Of a DNA stretch of 64,000 nucleotides, positions 48,553 through 59,093 are shown piece after piece (the first letter of the stretch is position 1; each line of letters begins with the position of its first letter). Position numbers and translations under genes: made by a program. A model generated the notes under the pieces. The model made no database searches, was not told the origin of the DNA, and saw only the letters and a program-made list of their open reading frames with translations. The stretch spans positions 32,001 to 96,000 of the forward strand of contig JANRKO010000047.1 of NCBI GenBank assembly GCA_033763455.1, in the 5' to 3' direction. This stretch comes from Polyangiaceae bacterium. GTDB taxonomy: Bacteria > Myxococcota_A > Polyangia > Polyangiales > Polyangiaceae.

Positions 48553-48999
48553 TCAGCGTTTTTGGCCTGAACTGGGAACGGGCTCGGCTTCGGGAACGGG
48601 CACTCGCCGTGCGTCCATCCAGAGGCCACCAAGGTCGTACAGAGCGCGTTCTTCGTCGAGGAACACGTGAACCACTACATCCACAAAATCGAGCAGCACC
48701 CAGTGCGCCTTGGGCAAACCCTCCACGGAAATCGGATGGGTACCGCTCTTGGAAAGGCGCTGGTCGACCTCGCCGGCAATGGCCGATACCTGTCGATCAC
48801 TCATGCCCGTCATGATCACCAAAAAGTCTGCGTAATCGACCTTGCCCGTCACATCGATAATCTCGATGTCGATGGCCTGTTTCTCAAGGCCTGCTTCGGC
48901 GGCGAGTAACGCTAGGCGGCGTGACTCATCACTGGCGGCCTGCCGTGGCATGCCTTTACGCACAACGGTGTCTTTGCGAACTGGCGCTTTGATCTTCAT
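48553..48999 (-). CDS. rsfS: Ribosome silencing factor
   Basis: WVLLDFVDVVVHVF...RALYDLGGLW. Confidence 0.95.
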   Translation of the reverse strand: MKIKAPVRKDTVVRKGMPRQAASDESRRLALLAAEAGLEKQAIDIEIIDVTGKVDYADFLVIMTGMSDRQVSAIAGEVDQRLSKSGTHPISVEGLPKAHWVLLDFVDVVVHVFLDEERALYDLGGLWMDARRVPVPEAEPVPSSGQKR

Positions 49000-49002
49000 A
49001 AA

Positions 49003-50250
49003 TTATGCTCGAACCTGGCCTTGCCCGTAGACAACCCATTTCTCCGCAGTCAGGCTCAAAAGGCCCATGGGGCCATAAGCATGGAGCTTAGAAGTGCTGA
49101 TACCTATCTCCGCACCCAGCCCCAACTGACCACCGTCATTAAAGCGAGTGGACGCGTTCACCAGCACACAGCTCGCATCCACCTCGTTCACCCAACGTTC
49201 TGCGTTGGAGTAATTTTCGGTACAAATACTCTCAGTGTGGTTCGAACCGTAACGGGCAATGTGCGCGAGGGCCTCGTCCAAATCATGCACCACGCGCACC
49301 GCCAAGATCTTGGCCAAAAATTCGGCGCCGAAATCACTCTCACTAACGGGCGTGGCCCAAGGCAGAAGGGCACGCGTTTTCTCGCACCCGCGAACTTCAA
49401 CGCCCGCTTCTCGCAGGGCAGTGCCAAGAACGGGCAACAGATCGCTCGCTGCCTTTTCATGCACGAGCAAGCACTCAAGAGCGTTACACACACCTGGCCG
49501 CTGCGCCTTGGAGTTAATAACGAGCGGCACGGCCTTCTTGACGTCCGCGCTCTCATCCAAAAACATATGGCAGATGCCCTGATAGTGCTTCACCACGGGC
49601 ACCCGAGCGTTCTCGGCCACGAAGCGAATCAAGCCTTCTCCGCCCCGTGGGATTGCCAGATCCACCAGATCATGCAGGGAAAGGAGCTCTTTCATCCCTT
49701 CGCGATCGGTGGCGGGAATAATCTGCACAACATCCCCGGGAATGCCACATTCAGTCAACGCTTCTGCAATGAGCCGCCCCAACAACTGATTGGTTTCCTC
49801 GGCCTCTTTGCCGCCTCGCAAGAGGACCGCGTTGCCAGATTTAATGCAAAGCGCCGCTGCATCCACCGTAACATTGGGGCGAGCTTCGTATATCATGGCA
49901 ATAACGCCCAGTGGCAAGCGCTGCTGGCCCACAAGCAAGCCGTTATCCAAGCGCCGCGCTTCACTCCTTGAGCCAACCGGATCAGGCAATGAAACGATGT
50001 AATCCACGCCTTTGGCGGTAGCCTCAATTTGGCTCGGCCCCAAGGTGAGGCGATCGAGCATAGGTTCGCTCAAGCCGTTGGCGCGCGCCCGCTCGAGATC
50101 TTTCAGGTTCGTGGCCGTTATGGTTGCCACGTTGGCGCGCAACTTGGCCGCAATCGCCGCGAGTGCCTGATCTTTGGGCAGACGCCTAAGCGGGGCAAGC
50201 GTTCTTTGGGCAAGGCGAGCGAGCTCTGCCTGCTTTCGAACCGAGCTCAT
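49003..50250 (-). CDS. proA: Gamma-glutamyl phosphate reductase
   Basis: IYEARPNVT, PRGGEGLI, CNALE, NASTRF, EIGISTSKLHAYGPMG. Confidence 0.97.
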   Translation of the reverse strand: MSSVRKQAELARLAQRTLAPLRRLPKDQALAAIAAKLRANVATITATNLKDLERARANGLSEPMLDRLTLGPSQIEATAKGVDYIVSLPDPVGSRSEARRLDNGLLVGQQRLPLGVIAMIYEARPNVTVDAAALCIKSGNAVLLRGGKEAEETNQLLGRLIAEALTECGIPGDVVQIIPATDREGMKELLSLHDLVDLAIPRGGEGLIRFVAENARVPVVKHYQGICHMFLDESADVKKAVPLVINSKAQRPGVCNALECLLVHEKAASDLLPVLGTALREAGVEVRGCEKTRALLPWATPVSESDFGAEFLAKILAVRVVHDLDEALAHIARYGSNHTESICTENYSNAERWVNEVDASCVLVNASTRFNDGGQLGLGAEIGISTSKLHAYGPMGLLSLTAEKWVVYGQGQVRA

Positions 50251-50303
50251 GAGCGTGAGGCTCCCGACGGGGTGTGCGACATGGGCACTAGCCTTTAGTG
50301 TAG

Positions 50304-50612
50304 CTATGGGGAGGGCGCAACGACTGGATTTTCCGGGGGCTCCGCGCTTGGCCCGGGTGTTGGTGCAGGGCCGCTCCCTGCCGCGCCTCCCGCTGGCCCG
50401 TCGGGAATGACCGCATCGTTGAGGTTTTGAAGCGGATCGGACGGCTGTGTAGCCGCTACGGGTGCCAACCGCGGGCGGATATATTCTGGAGGCGGGCCAC
50501 TCGGGCGCGCCGGACGCTCACATTGAGACGCAAGCAGCAGCAAGCTTGCTCCGATGAGCCCTACCGCCGCAGGGTGCCAGTTATTCGTCAGGAACAAGTA
50601 CGAACTCCGCAT
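50304..50612 (-). CDS. Pro-rich hypothetical (lipo)protein
   Basis: Hydrophobic stretch followed by Cys; Pro-rich tail. Confidence 0.5.
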   Translation of the reverse strand: MRSSYLFLTNNWHPAAVGLIGASLLLLASQCERPARPSGPPPEYIRPRLAPVAATQPSDPLQNLNDAVIPDGPAGGAAGSGPAPTPGPSAEPPENPVVAPSP

Positions 50613-50630
50613 TATCAGGCCGGTTTGAGC

Positions 50631-51551
50631 TTAAGCCACCCAGCGTTCGGCGTCGACAGCTTGGAGCGTCTGCACCAGATCGAACTTGTGGCGATAGCCC
50701 AGCGTCTCGCGCGCTAGTTGATCGTCCACCATGCAAACGTAGCGGATAAAATCTAGCTCTGGCGCCGGGAAATTGCTCATTTTCGCCTTAAATAGGCCAT
50801 CGATGGTCACTTTCGCCAGGCCGTGCGGAACGCCCACTGTGGCCCGCTTCAGGAGCTTAAGCGCCTGAGCCAGCGGTACGGGGGGCGGCCCCGCGATGTT
50901 GAAAGCGCCACGGATGCCAGGCTTGAGCGCCAACACCAACGCCTGCACCACATCTTGTTGGTGGACCACCTGCACCATCGGATCAAAGCCTAAAATAGTG
51001 GGGACCATGGGCAGCCGCAGGTAATTGCTCGGCGCGTTGTGCACCGTCCCTAGAACATGAGTGGGGCGCAGAATGACAGTTTCGAGATCCGCGTGTTGCC
51101 ACATGAAAGACTGCACCAGCATGTCCACTTCCACGAGGTCCCGAATGTCGCTGAAGGGGCCAGCCGCTAGCAGCGGGGCCGTTTCCTTCAAGAATTGAGG
51201 ATTGTCGGGCCTCGGCCCGTACACGTTGGCACTCGAAAGAAGAACCACCTTAGCCAGGCCGCCCTCGCGCGCGCCCTCGAGCAAGCTCTGCACGGCAACC
51301 ACATTTCGGCGGTGTCGCTCAGCGTCAGGCTTGTGGGTGTTATGAGAAACCCCAAGATGTACCAGCGCCTGTACGTCTCCAGCTTTGAATAGCTCCCGCA
51401 CTCGGTGGCTGGTTAGCGGCACCTGATGAAAAATGACGTCTTCGGGCTTGCCCACGAAGGGCCGCTCGTCCACGCCCACCACTGTGAGCATTCGGTGCAA
51501 TTGTTGCACTAGGCGTCGACCGAGGCGCCCACAGGCTCCGGTGACAATCAC
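50631..51551 (-). CDS. NAD-dependent epimerase/dehydratase family protein
   Basis: TGACGRLG, SSANVYG, LRP, VHQQDV. Confidence 0.9.
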   Translation of the reverse strand: MIVTGACGRLGRRLVQQLHRMLTVVGVDERPFVGKPEDVIFHQVPLTSHRVRELFKAGDVQALVHLGVSHNTHKPDAERHRRNVVAVQSLLEGAREGGLAKVVLLSSANVYGPRPDNPQFLKETAPLLAAGPFSDIRDLVEVDMLVQSFMWQHADLETVILRPTHVLGTVHNAPSNYLRLPMVPTILGFDPMVQVVHQQDVVQALVLALKPGIRGAFNIAGPPPVPLAQALKLLKRATVGVPHGLAKVTIDGLFKAKMSNFPAPELDFIRYVCMVDDQLARETLGYRHKFDLVQTLQAVDAERWVA

Positions 51552-51571
51552 CTTCGAGAAAGGTGCGGGCG

Positions 51572-52498
51572 TCAGCGAAATACCCCTTTTCGTTCACTCA
51601 GAGCTCCGTTCAATAGATTCTGGATCTCCTCGCGCACCAACCACACTTTGTGGTCCAGCGAGGCCGAATCATCGGAGGCGCTCTCGGTGAAGTACATCGG
51701 CTCACCAAACCGAATGTGGTACTTCGTGGGCAACGGAAGCTGGCCTCCGGGCACGAACATCTGGGGGATAACCGGCAAAGATTCCAACCCAAATGCCTTG
51801 GCCGCCCACTTGATGTTGCCAAGGTTTACGTATTGCTCTTCGGCACCCACAATCGCCACCGGTACAATGGGCGTATTAGTTTCGAGCGCTAACCGCATGA
51901 AGCCGCGGGAAAAATCCTGCATCTGGTAACGCTCGCTGAAGGGCTTGTTGATCCCACGCATACCTTCGGGGAAAACGAGCACCGTTTCGTCCATTTGCAG
52001 CAAGCGGCGAGCATTCTCCGGCAACCCCGGCACCTGCCCCACTCGGCTATAAAGTGTCGAAATGAACGGCAATCCGAAGGCCCACTTGTCGACCATCGCG
52101 CGCGTCACCCGCGGGGGCTCAGCGTCCAAAAAGAGCGCGGCTGCCAGCACCGTGGCATCCCACGGCAGTTGCCCCGAATGATTGCCCACAATGAGCACTC
52201 GGCCTTTGGGCAACCCTTCAATGCCTTGGCATTCAGTTCTGAAATAGAAGCGATGAAAAAACGCCGCCAGCTTAACAACTCTGGCCGCAACCTCTGGATC
52301 CAAACCAAATGGGTCACCGCCTGCCGAAGCGTAGCGTTCCCGCAGCATGGCCACACGGCGATCGAAATCATGCCCCAGGAGGCGCACGCTCACCTCTCGG
52401 CGCGAACGCTCCACGAAAGCCAACGCCTGACCAGCGAGGGGTAACAGGCGCGTCTCGGCGACCTGGGTGAGGCGGGCAAGGGCGGTGAAAGCGTTCAT
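51572..52498 (-). CDS. Lysophospholipid acyltransferase (PlsC-like)
   Basis: NHSGQLPWD, VFPEG, PIVPV; start estimated. Confidence 0.92.
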   Translation of the reverse strand: MNAFTALARLTQVAETRLLPLAGQALAFVERSRREVSVRLLGHDFDRRVAMLRERYASAGGDPFGLDPEVAARVVKLAAFFHRFYFRTECQGIEGLPKGRVLIVGNHSGQLPWDATVLAAALFLDAEPPRVTRAMVDKWAFGLPFISTLYSRVGQVPGLPENARRLLQMDETVLVFPEGMRGINKPFSERYQMQDFSRGFMRLALETNTPIVPVAIVGAEEQYVNLGNIKWAAKAFGLESLPVIPQMFVPGGQLPLPTKYHIRFGEPMYFTESASDDSASLDHKVWLVREEIQNLLNGALSERKGVFR

Positions 52499-52600
52499 GT
52501 CGTCGAATGCGGCTGGGGCCCGGTGGGATCCCAGGGGCGGAGGTTGCGACAGAGGGGGCGGGTTGGCAACTTGCGAGTCCCGTGGCAAAGCCCTCGATCG

Positions 52601-53491
52601 GTGATCCTTCCGCCTCCGCTAGAGCCCGGCGCCCGCGTGCGCGTGATAGCACCTTCGAGCCCGTTCGACCGCGCTTTGGTGTATCGGGGGCTTAGCTTTC
52701 TGGCGCAGCGCTACCAAGTGCTGTTTGAACCCGAAATGTTCGAAAAAGAGGGATATTTGGCGGGAAACGACGACCGACGCCTGGGCGAACTCAATCGAGC
52801 CCTGCGGGACCCAGAAGCCCGAGCGATCGTTGCTGCACGCGGTGGGTACGGCGCCTCACGAGTCAGCTTTCGGGCCGATTTTGCAGCTTTGAGGCATCAT
52901 CCGAAATGGCTTGTGGGGTTTTCGGATTTCACAGCGCTGCACGTGGAGGCAGCCCGAGTCGGCGTGATGTCCCTCCACGCCCACAATGCCGCGGGGCTTG
53001 GGCGGCACCACGTGAAAGTTTGGCAGCCTTGGGTTTCTGTTTTAGAGGCCGCAGCTTCACCCAGAACACTGACCGGCACGGATGTAGTGGCCCCAGGAAG
53101 GGGTCAAGGGACGCTGGTGGGCGGCAACCTAACCGTTTGGTTCACGGCGTGGGCGGCTGGGCGGGTTCGCCTGCCGGAAGCCTTCGTGCTCGCGCTCGAA
53201 GACGTGGGAGAGGCAACGTATCGCCTGGATCGCATGTTGATGGCCCTTCGGGCCGCGGGTGTTTTCGATGGGTGTCGCGGCATCGCTTTGGGCGAGTTCA
53301 CCGATTGCACGCCCGGAAAATTCGGTGTTTCCCTGCCGCAAATGTTCCGCCAAACGCTCGGCGGGTTGAAGCTTCCCATCTTGGGGGGGCTCCCATTCGG
53401 CCACGGTGCTCAGAATGAACCGCTGATTCTCGGCGGCGAAGCAACGCTTGATACGGCAGCACTCACTTTGCGAATTGCTGCATCAGGCTAA
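52601..53491 (+). CDS. LD-carboxypeptidase (peptidase S66)
   Basis: RGGYG, GFSD, GGNL, LEDV, FGH triad motifs. Confidence 0.93.
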   Translation: MILPPPLEPGARVRVIAPSSPFDRALVYRGLSFLAQRYQVLFEPEMFEKEGYLAGNDDRRLGELNRALRDPEARAIVAARGGYGASRVSFRADFAALRHHPKWLVGFSDFTALHVEAARVGVMSLHAHNAAGLGRHHVKVWQPWVSVLEAAASPRTLTGTDVVAPGRGQGTLVGGNLTVWFTAWAAGRVRLPEAFVLALEDVGEATYRLDRMLMALRAAGVFDGCRGIALGEFTDCTPGKFGVSLPQMFRQTLGGLKLPILGGLPFGHGAQNEPLILGGEATLDTAALTLRIAASG

Positions 53492-53506
53492 CACCCATCG
53501 TCCGCC

Positions 53507-56500
53507 TTAAGTGGCGGGGCGATCGATCAACTCGTCATCTTCGATGTCCATGGCGTCGTCAGCCTCCGCCTCCCGCACAGGAGGCGGAGGAACCGGTGCA
53601 TTCGAGGCGGGCCGACGCGGCGGCGGTGGAGGGCCTGAGGAGGGCCCACGTGGCGGCGGAGGAGGCGCTTTGGAAGAACGACCATTCGGTGGTCGAGGCG
53701 GAGGAGCAAGCTTTTTGGCTGGAGGCGGAGGCTCGGGCGCCACCTCAGGCTCAATACCCATGTCGATGTCGACGTCAATTTCTTCTGAGCTTTGTGCGCG
53801 AGCTGCTGCCCTTACTGGGAAGGTCGGAGGCTCCCCTAGCTCGATTTCAGCGGAGGATTGGCGCACATCAGTCGCAAGAACCGAGCGCACGCTTTCCTCT
53901 AAGCTGCCCTCCACGTCCAACGTGCTTGCGGCGTTGGACGCCAGATCTATCTCCACGCGGCTGTCGAGGTTGGGCGCGGAAAAGGGTTCCTCGATCCGCC
54001 GAAAGACAGCTGAGAGTTCCTCGGCCATCGAATCTCCATCGATCTCCGGGGAGAAAGGCGGAGCCTCGTCGCCCAAAGTGTCTCCGTCCTCAGAGCTCGA
54101 CTCCGCCGCGCTCGAAGCCAACAATGCCGAAGCCACCGGTTCTTCGCTGGGCACTTCGTCCTCGTCCCCAACCATCTCCCCATCTGCATCCTCCGAAGCC
54201 TCAGGCAAAACAAGGTTGCCAGCGGAGGTCTGCACGTCAGCATCGGCATCCGAAACAACCCCGGCTGCGACTGTATCCGTCTCAGAATCGCCTGCGCTGG
54301 TATCGGTGTCAGCCTCGCCCGCGGGCTCCAACTCGGCCGCTATCGGCGACGCCGCCACCTCTTCGGAAGCGGCATCAACCGTTCGCGCGGCCTGCAAAGA
54401 CGAAGCCTCCGAGTCAGGAGGTTCCGCAGCCTCGGCTTCTGCTATTTGGGGCCCCTTTTCCTCGTGTTTTTCGGGCGCCGCTACAGATTGCTCAACAGAA
54501 TTATCGCGGCCCGCGTCAGCGTCCGGCGTTTCTTCGGCATCTTCCACCGCCGGAGCGTTCAACATGCCCCGTTTAGCGTTGTCCAAGCCACGCGTGGCTT
54601 CGGGATCATTGGGCACCAGCCGCAAAACGCGCCGCCAAGCATCGGCCGCTTCACGTGGATCGCCAAGCTCGCCACCCCACAGCTTGGCAACCTTTCGCGA
54701 AAGCTCCGCACGCAGCTCCTTGTCCTTGCAGCGCAAGATGAGATCTTCGTAAAGCTTCACCAGGCCCGCGTAATTCTTCGTTTCGGAATACAGGCTAATA
54801 AGGCTATCTGTGACCTCTTGATCGGAAGGAGCGAGTTCGTGCAACCGTTTCAGATCAGCGCTCGCGCCCTCAATGTCATCCAGCTCCTCGCGTCGCAATT
54901 TCGCACGTTTTGCCAAAAGCAAGCGCACCCATGGCCCGTCGAACACCTCCGAGAGGGCTCGCTCGAAAACCGCGTCGGCCAACTTCATATCGTGAAGCTC
55001 CCGCGCCAACTCAAGCACACCGCGGATCCCATCTTCATCCACGTGAGCAATGAGAGCATCACCCATCCAAGCCAAAGCTTGACTGGTATCCTTGTAGTCG
55101 AAGGCCGCAAGCCTTCCGGCGCGCAAAAGGAAGCGCGAACGCGTTTTACCGCCATCTCTCGCCGATTGACCAGCCGCGCTAAGCACATCAGCCAGAAGCT
55201 TCACCACTACAGGCTCTTTGCCTGCAAGATCACACTCCCGAGCACTGTTAACCAGCAACTCTAACGCCTCAGCATCTAAAGAAGAACCCAGCGCGATTTC
55301 AAAAAAGCCACGAGCCCTATCCAATTGACCCGCGCGCGCAGCAACTTCGGCCGCACGAGCTAGCGCCCGCAAGCGATCCTTAGGATCTTTGCAGCGCATC
55401 ACCTGGTGTTCGTAGAGATCCACCGTTTGCTCGGGGGAATCGGCACACGCAGAAAGCCGCTCCAAAAGCGGCTCCACTTCAGCTGGAGGCATGCTCGAAA
55501 GTGCTTGTTCCCCGTGCTCCAAAGCTTGCGCTGAATCCATACCGGCCCGGCGCAACACCAGGGCTTGTCGCACCAACTCTTCCGCGCGCGCTGGCCCAGT
55601 AAGCTGCTTCACCAAGAAGGCCTGAGCGAGAGAGAGAGCTCCCATGTGACGGCTCTTCTGGGCGAGCTCTTCGAGCTTAGAGGCAATTTCAGGGGTGGCG
55701 CCTCCGCTTCGCACGAGCTCTTCGGCCACGCTTACAAGTTGTTCGGTGTCTTCCAAGGCCAGAAAACGCTCAAAAACGGAGCGCAGCGCGGTATCTCGCC
55801 GTTCACTATGCCCAAGCGGCCGATACCAACTGAGCAGCGCGTTTGCCACTTCCGCTCGCCTCCCCAGCTTATCGCCAAGGGCCACGAACGCGTCTCTGCA
55901 AGCTTCATCCCCGGAATCGGCAACGGCTTTTAATGCCGCGAGAGCTTCGTCCCCACGCCCCAAATGTTGGTCCAGAATCTCAGCACGGCGGCGCGTCAGC
56001 TGGCTCACCTCTTCGTCGTCACCCTCGACTTCGATGAGCTCCACCATGTAGCCCGCAAGCGCGTCCCAATCCCCGAGGCGCTCAGAAAGGCTAGCCAGGC
56101 GCTGAACCGCACTAAAATCCTCAGGATCCTGGCTTCTCACCAAAGCTAGCAAACGGACCGCATCTTTCGGCTCGTCCAGCTTCTCTTCATAAATGTCCGC
56201 CAAGCGATTCGCCACTTCGAGCTTGCTCTCGGGCTCTTCCTGCAACTCGAGTAAACGTTCGAGAGCCTTGGCTGCGCCTGCAAAATTCTCTTCGGCCTCC
56301 TTGAGGTCAGCCACCCTGCGCAGGGCTTCCTGGTTCCTGGGATCGAGCGTATTCAAGATGAATTCGTAGCGCTCCATGGCGCCAACCGGATCTGCTAGCT
56401 GGGTCGCAAGAAACGCACCTTCCCGCAGAGTAATGGCTGTTTTTCGCGCCACATCTGGTTCGGCCGCGGCCTGGCGATGTAAGTAGTGGCAAGCCTCAGC

Positions 56501-58948
56501 CCAATTGCCTTGCTCCACCTCGTCGTTGGCCAAAAGCTCTAGCGCCTCGACATCTTCTGCGTCCTGCAGGATGAGGCCGAGGGTGTCGCGGGAACCTTCG
56601 ATATCGCTCAATTCAGTGCGCTGAACCTCTGCTGCGCGTTTTCGCAGAGAGATCCCGAGAGCCCTATCTTTGGTGGACTCCGCGCGCTGCAGCAACACCG
56701 TCACGATATCTTCGAGCCGATTGTCGGCGCGGTAGGCTTCTTCAAGCTGGGCCGCTGCATCCGTAGCAGTTGGGTCCAGGTCCACCGCGCGTTCCAGCCG
56801 CACCAGGCTCTCATCACGGTCCCCTGCCCTACCCAGGTAGTCTGCCTCTAGCGCCAGAAGCTTCGCCTGAGCCTCGGGAGTCGTAGCTTTTTCTAGACGC
56901 GCTTCCACGCAGGTGGCAGCTTGATTCCAGGCCCCAGCACTTACGTAGCAACTCTCTGCAGCCTCAAAATGGGCTACCGCTCCCGAAAGCGCTCCGGCCT
57001 CCGTGTACGCGTCCCCAGCCGCCTCTTGGTCCCCAAGCTCGGAACGAAGGCTACCCAGTTTTGCGAACAGCTCTGCACGAGCGGCTTCGCTCGACACACT
57101 GGGGACCACTTCGGTGATCGCCTGCGCCGCTAGATCCGGGCGCTTCGCGGTCTGGAAGTGACTGAGAGCGGTTTGCATGGCTGCGTCGTCATCAGGCGCT
57201 AGGTTGGCAATGCGCGCCCAAACGGTTCCGGCAGCGACGGGATCTGAGCGCTTTTCGAGGTGGATCTTGGCGGCCTTCTTTTCGACCACTAGCCGGGCCT
57301 CAAGATCCGTAATCAGCTCCGCGCGCTGCTCCAGAAGCGAAGCCAAATCATCCCAGCGCCCAGCCTTTTCTAGCAAGAGTGCGAGCTGAGCCCCCGCTTG
57401 TTCGTCTTCGGGCGAAATCACGGAAATCTGGCTCCAAGCCCACACAGCGCTCTCAAGATCTTTCAGCTGTCCTTCGCTCAGCATCGCAATCTCTCGCAAC
57501 CATTCAAGCTTTGCACTCGACTCTCCGTGGCTGCCGCGACACGCGTTCACCAGGATCTCGCGCAGCTCCTTGAACTTACGAGTTTGGCGCAAGTACCCCT
57601 GCAGAAATGCCAGCGCTTCGGCGTTTGCTGGGTCGTGCTCGAGCGCGCTTTGATACTTGGCTGCAGCATCGTGTTTTCGTGCCTTGCGGGCTAACGTTTG
57701 GCCTTCTTCGAGCAAGCGCACCACAACTGACAGATCCTTGCGCTCCGCAGAGGCCGGTGCTGCTGCTGGCGCAGTCGCTACGCTCGTCGGCACCCTTCGC
57801 TCGGACGGTGAAGCCGCCGCATGCTCACGAGGGCCCGCGATTGCCCTGGACCCAACTTGAGCGCGCCCCTCCGAAAGATACGCCTCGGTCGCCTCGGCAC
57901 CCATCACCCGAGTGACAAAGGCTTGCGCCTCGTCCGACATGACACCGTCCGGGTTCACCCGCAGATATTCTGCAACCCTTGGGGCAACGTCTTCGTCTTG
58001 ACCGAGCTCGGCACCGTAAAACATCACGAGCTGCACGGCACGTTCGTGTTCTGGGGCAAGCTCAAGCGCACAAGCGGAATACGAATAGCCGTGCTCGCCA
58101 GGGAATTCCTCGGCGAGCTCAATGAACAACTGAACGGCAAGCTCGCGCTCCTGGGGTGAAACAACGTGACCGAGCTGCACTCGCTCCAAAATCGTGGCGC
58201 CGAGCTGCTGTTTTAAGCTGGCATCTGAGCCACCTTCGAGCTCGCGAGCAGCCCGGAGCGCTTGCACTACAGAAGGCAAATCCCCAGCTTCGCGCTGTAC
58301 TTCCGCTTCCTCCAGATAAAGGGCGATCTTGCGCTCAGGATCGGACAAAAGCAGCTGTTCTTTCGCATAATAGGGCAGCGCTTCGCGGGCCCGCTGATCG
58401 GCGCGGTACAGCTCCCTTAAGGACGAAATGGTAGAAAGGCTTTGATCGTTGAACTCGATCGCGCGTCGATAGTTGTCGATCGCCTTTGGGTGCTGAGAGA
58501 GGGGCGCTTCGCCCCACAAGCGGCCCAGTTGGCGGTGTACCGCTGCTGCCGCCGGGCGCAATGCGGGATCGGCAGCTGCGAGAGGATCGAGAGCCTTGGC
58601 GCGCCGCTCCAGCAAGGCGATCAACGCCTTCGAGTCTCCCTTCTCCCGATACATTTCGGCGAGTCGGTTTGCGGGCCCTTCTTGGGTAGGATCGCGGTCG
58701 ATCGCCTTCATCAAGGCGCGCGCGGTCGCCGGTGCGTCCGCGAGTGACTCGCTCCACACGCTGGCCGCTTCGTTATACCAGTGGCACGCAATCGCCCCGT
58801 CGGCGGTCTGTTCCCCGACTTTTTCCAGAAACTCAGCGTAGAGCTTCGGATCCTCCGTCCCCACCTCATAAGCGGCGCCGAGCGCCTCCGCGTCGTGCGG
58901 ATCATTGACCAAACGTACAACTAGGGGTTCGAGCGAAACCTGGTCCAT
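53507..58948 (-). CDS. Giant TPR-like alpha-solenoid protein (1813 aa) with acidic region and poly-Pro tail
   Basis: Repeated helical TPR-like motifs; C-terminal D/E-rich region then PPPPP repeats; no signal peptide. Confidence 0.88.
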   Translation of the reverse strand: MDQVSLEPLVVRLVNDPHDAEALGAAYEVGTEDPKLYAEFLEKVGEQTADGAIACHWYNEAASVWSESLADAPATARALMKAIDRDPTQEGPANRLAEMYREKGDSKALIALLERRAKALDPLAAADPALRPAAAAVHRQLGRLWGEAPLSQHPKAIDNYRRAIEFNDQSLSTISSLRELYRADQRAREALPYYAKEQLLLSDPERKIALYLEEAEVQREAGDLPSVVQALRAARELEGGSDASLKQQLGATILERVQLGHVVSPQERELAVQLFIELAEEFPGEHGYSYSACALELAPEHERAVQLVMFYGAELGQDEDVAPRVAEYLRVNPDGVMSDEAQAFVTRVMGAEATEAYLSEGRAQVGSRAIAGPREHAAASPSERRVPTSVATAPAAAPASAERKDLSVVVRLLEEGQTLARKARKHDAAAKYQSALEHDPANAEALAFLQGYLRQTRKFKELREILVNACRGSHGESSAKLEWLREIAMLSEGQLKDLESAVWAWSQISVISPEDEQAGAQLALLLEKAGRWDDLASLLEQRAELITDLEARLVVEKKAAKIHLEKRSDPVAAGTVWARIANLAPDDDAAMQTALSHFQTAKRPDLAAQAITEVVPSVSSEAARAELFAKLGSLRSELGDQEAAGDAYTEAGALSGAVAHFEAAESCYVSAGAWNQAATCVEARLEKATTPEAQAKLLALEADYLGRAGDRDESLVRLERAVDLDPTATDAAAQLEEAYRADNRLEDIVTVLLQRAESTKDRALGISLRKRAAEVQRTELSDIEGSRDTLGLILQDAEDVEALELLANDEVEQGNWAEACHYLHRQAAAEPDVARKTAITLREGAFLATQLADPVGAMERYEFILNTLDPRNQEALRRVADLKEAEENFAGAAKALERLLELQEEPESKLEVANRLADIYEEKLDEPKDAVRLLALVRSQDPEDFSAVQRLASLSERLGDWDALAGYMVELIEVEGDDEEVSQLTRRRAEILDQHLGRGDEALAALKAVADSGDEACRDAFVALGDKLGRRAEVANALLSWYRPLGHSERRDTALRSVFERFLALEDTEQLVSVAEELVRSGGATPEIASKLEELAQKSRHMGALSLAQAFLVKQLTGPARAEELVRQALVLRRAGMDSAQALEHGEQALSSMPPAEVEPLLERLSACADSPEQTVDLYEHQVMRCKDPKDRLRALARAAEVAARAGQLDRARGFFEIALGSSLDAEALELLVNSARECDLAGKEPVVVKLLADVLSAAGQSARDGGKTRSRFLLRAGRLAAFDYKDTSQALAWMGDALIAHVDEDGIRGVLELARELHDMKLADAVFERALSEVFDGPWVRLLLAKRAKLRREELDDIEGASADLKRLHELAPSDQEVTDSLISLYSETKNYAGLVKLYEDLILRCKDKELRAELSRKVAKLWGGELGDPREAADAWRRVLRLVPNDPEATRGLDNAKRGMLNAPAVEDAEETPDADAGRDNSVEQSVAAPEKHEEKGPQIAEAEAAEPPDSEASSLQAARTVDAASEEVAASPIAAELEPAGEADTDTSAGDSETDTVAAGVVSDADADVQTSAGNLVLPEASEDADGEMVGDEDEVPSEEPVASALLASSAAESSSEDGDTLGDEAPPFSPEIDGDSMAEELSAVFRRIEEPFSAPNLDSRVEIDLASNAASTLDVEGSLEESVRSVLATDVRQSSAEIELGEPPTFPVRAAARAQSSEEIDVDIDMGIEPEVAPEPPPPAKKLAPPPRPPNGRSSKAPPPPPRGPSSGPPPPPRRPASNAPVPPPPVREAEADDAMDIEDDELIDRPAT

Positions 58949-59093
58949 CCCAGGCGGAACCTAGCATTTGGGGTGAACCCACAGCAATGAACGAATTTTG
59001 ACTCCAGCAGAACCGGCTTAGAGGCCGACAGTTACGTCCACACTAAACACTAGTCGGCACCCAGGGCGAGGTTTGGTAGACTCCGCCCCCCAT

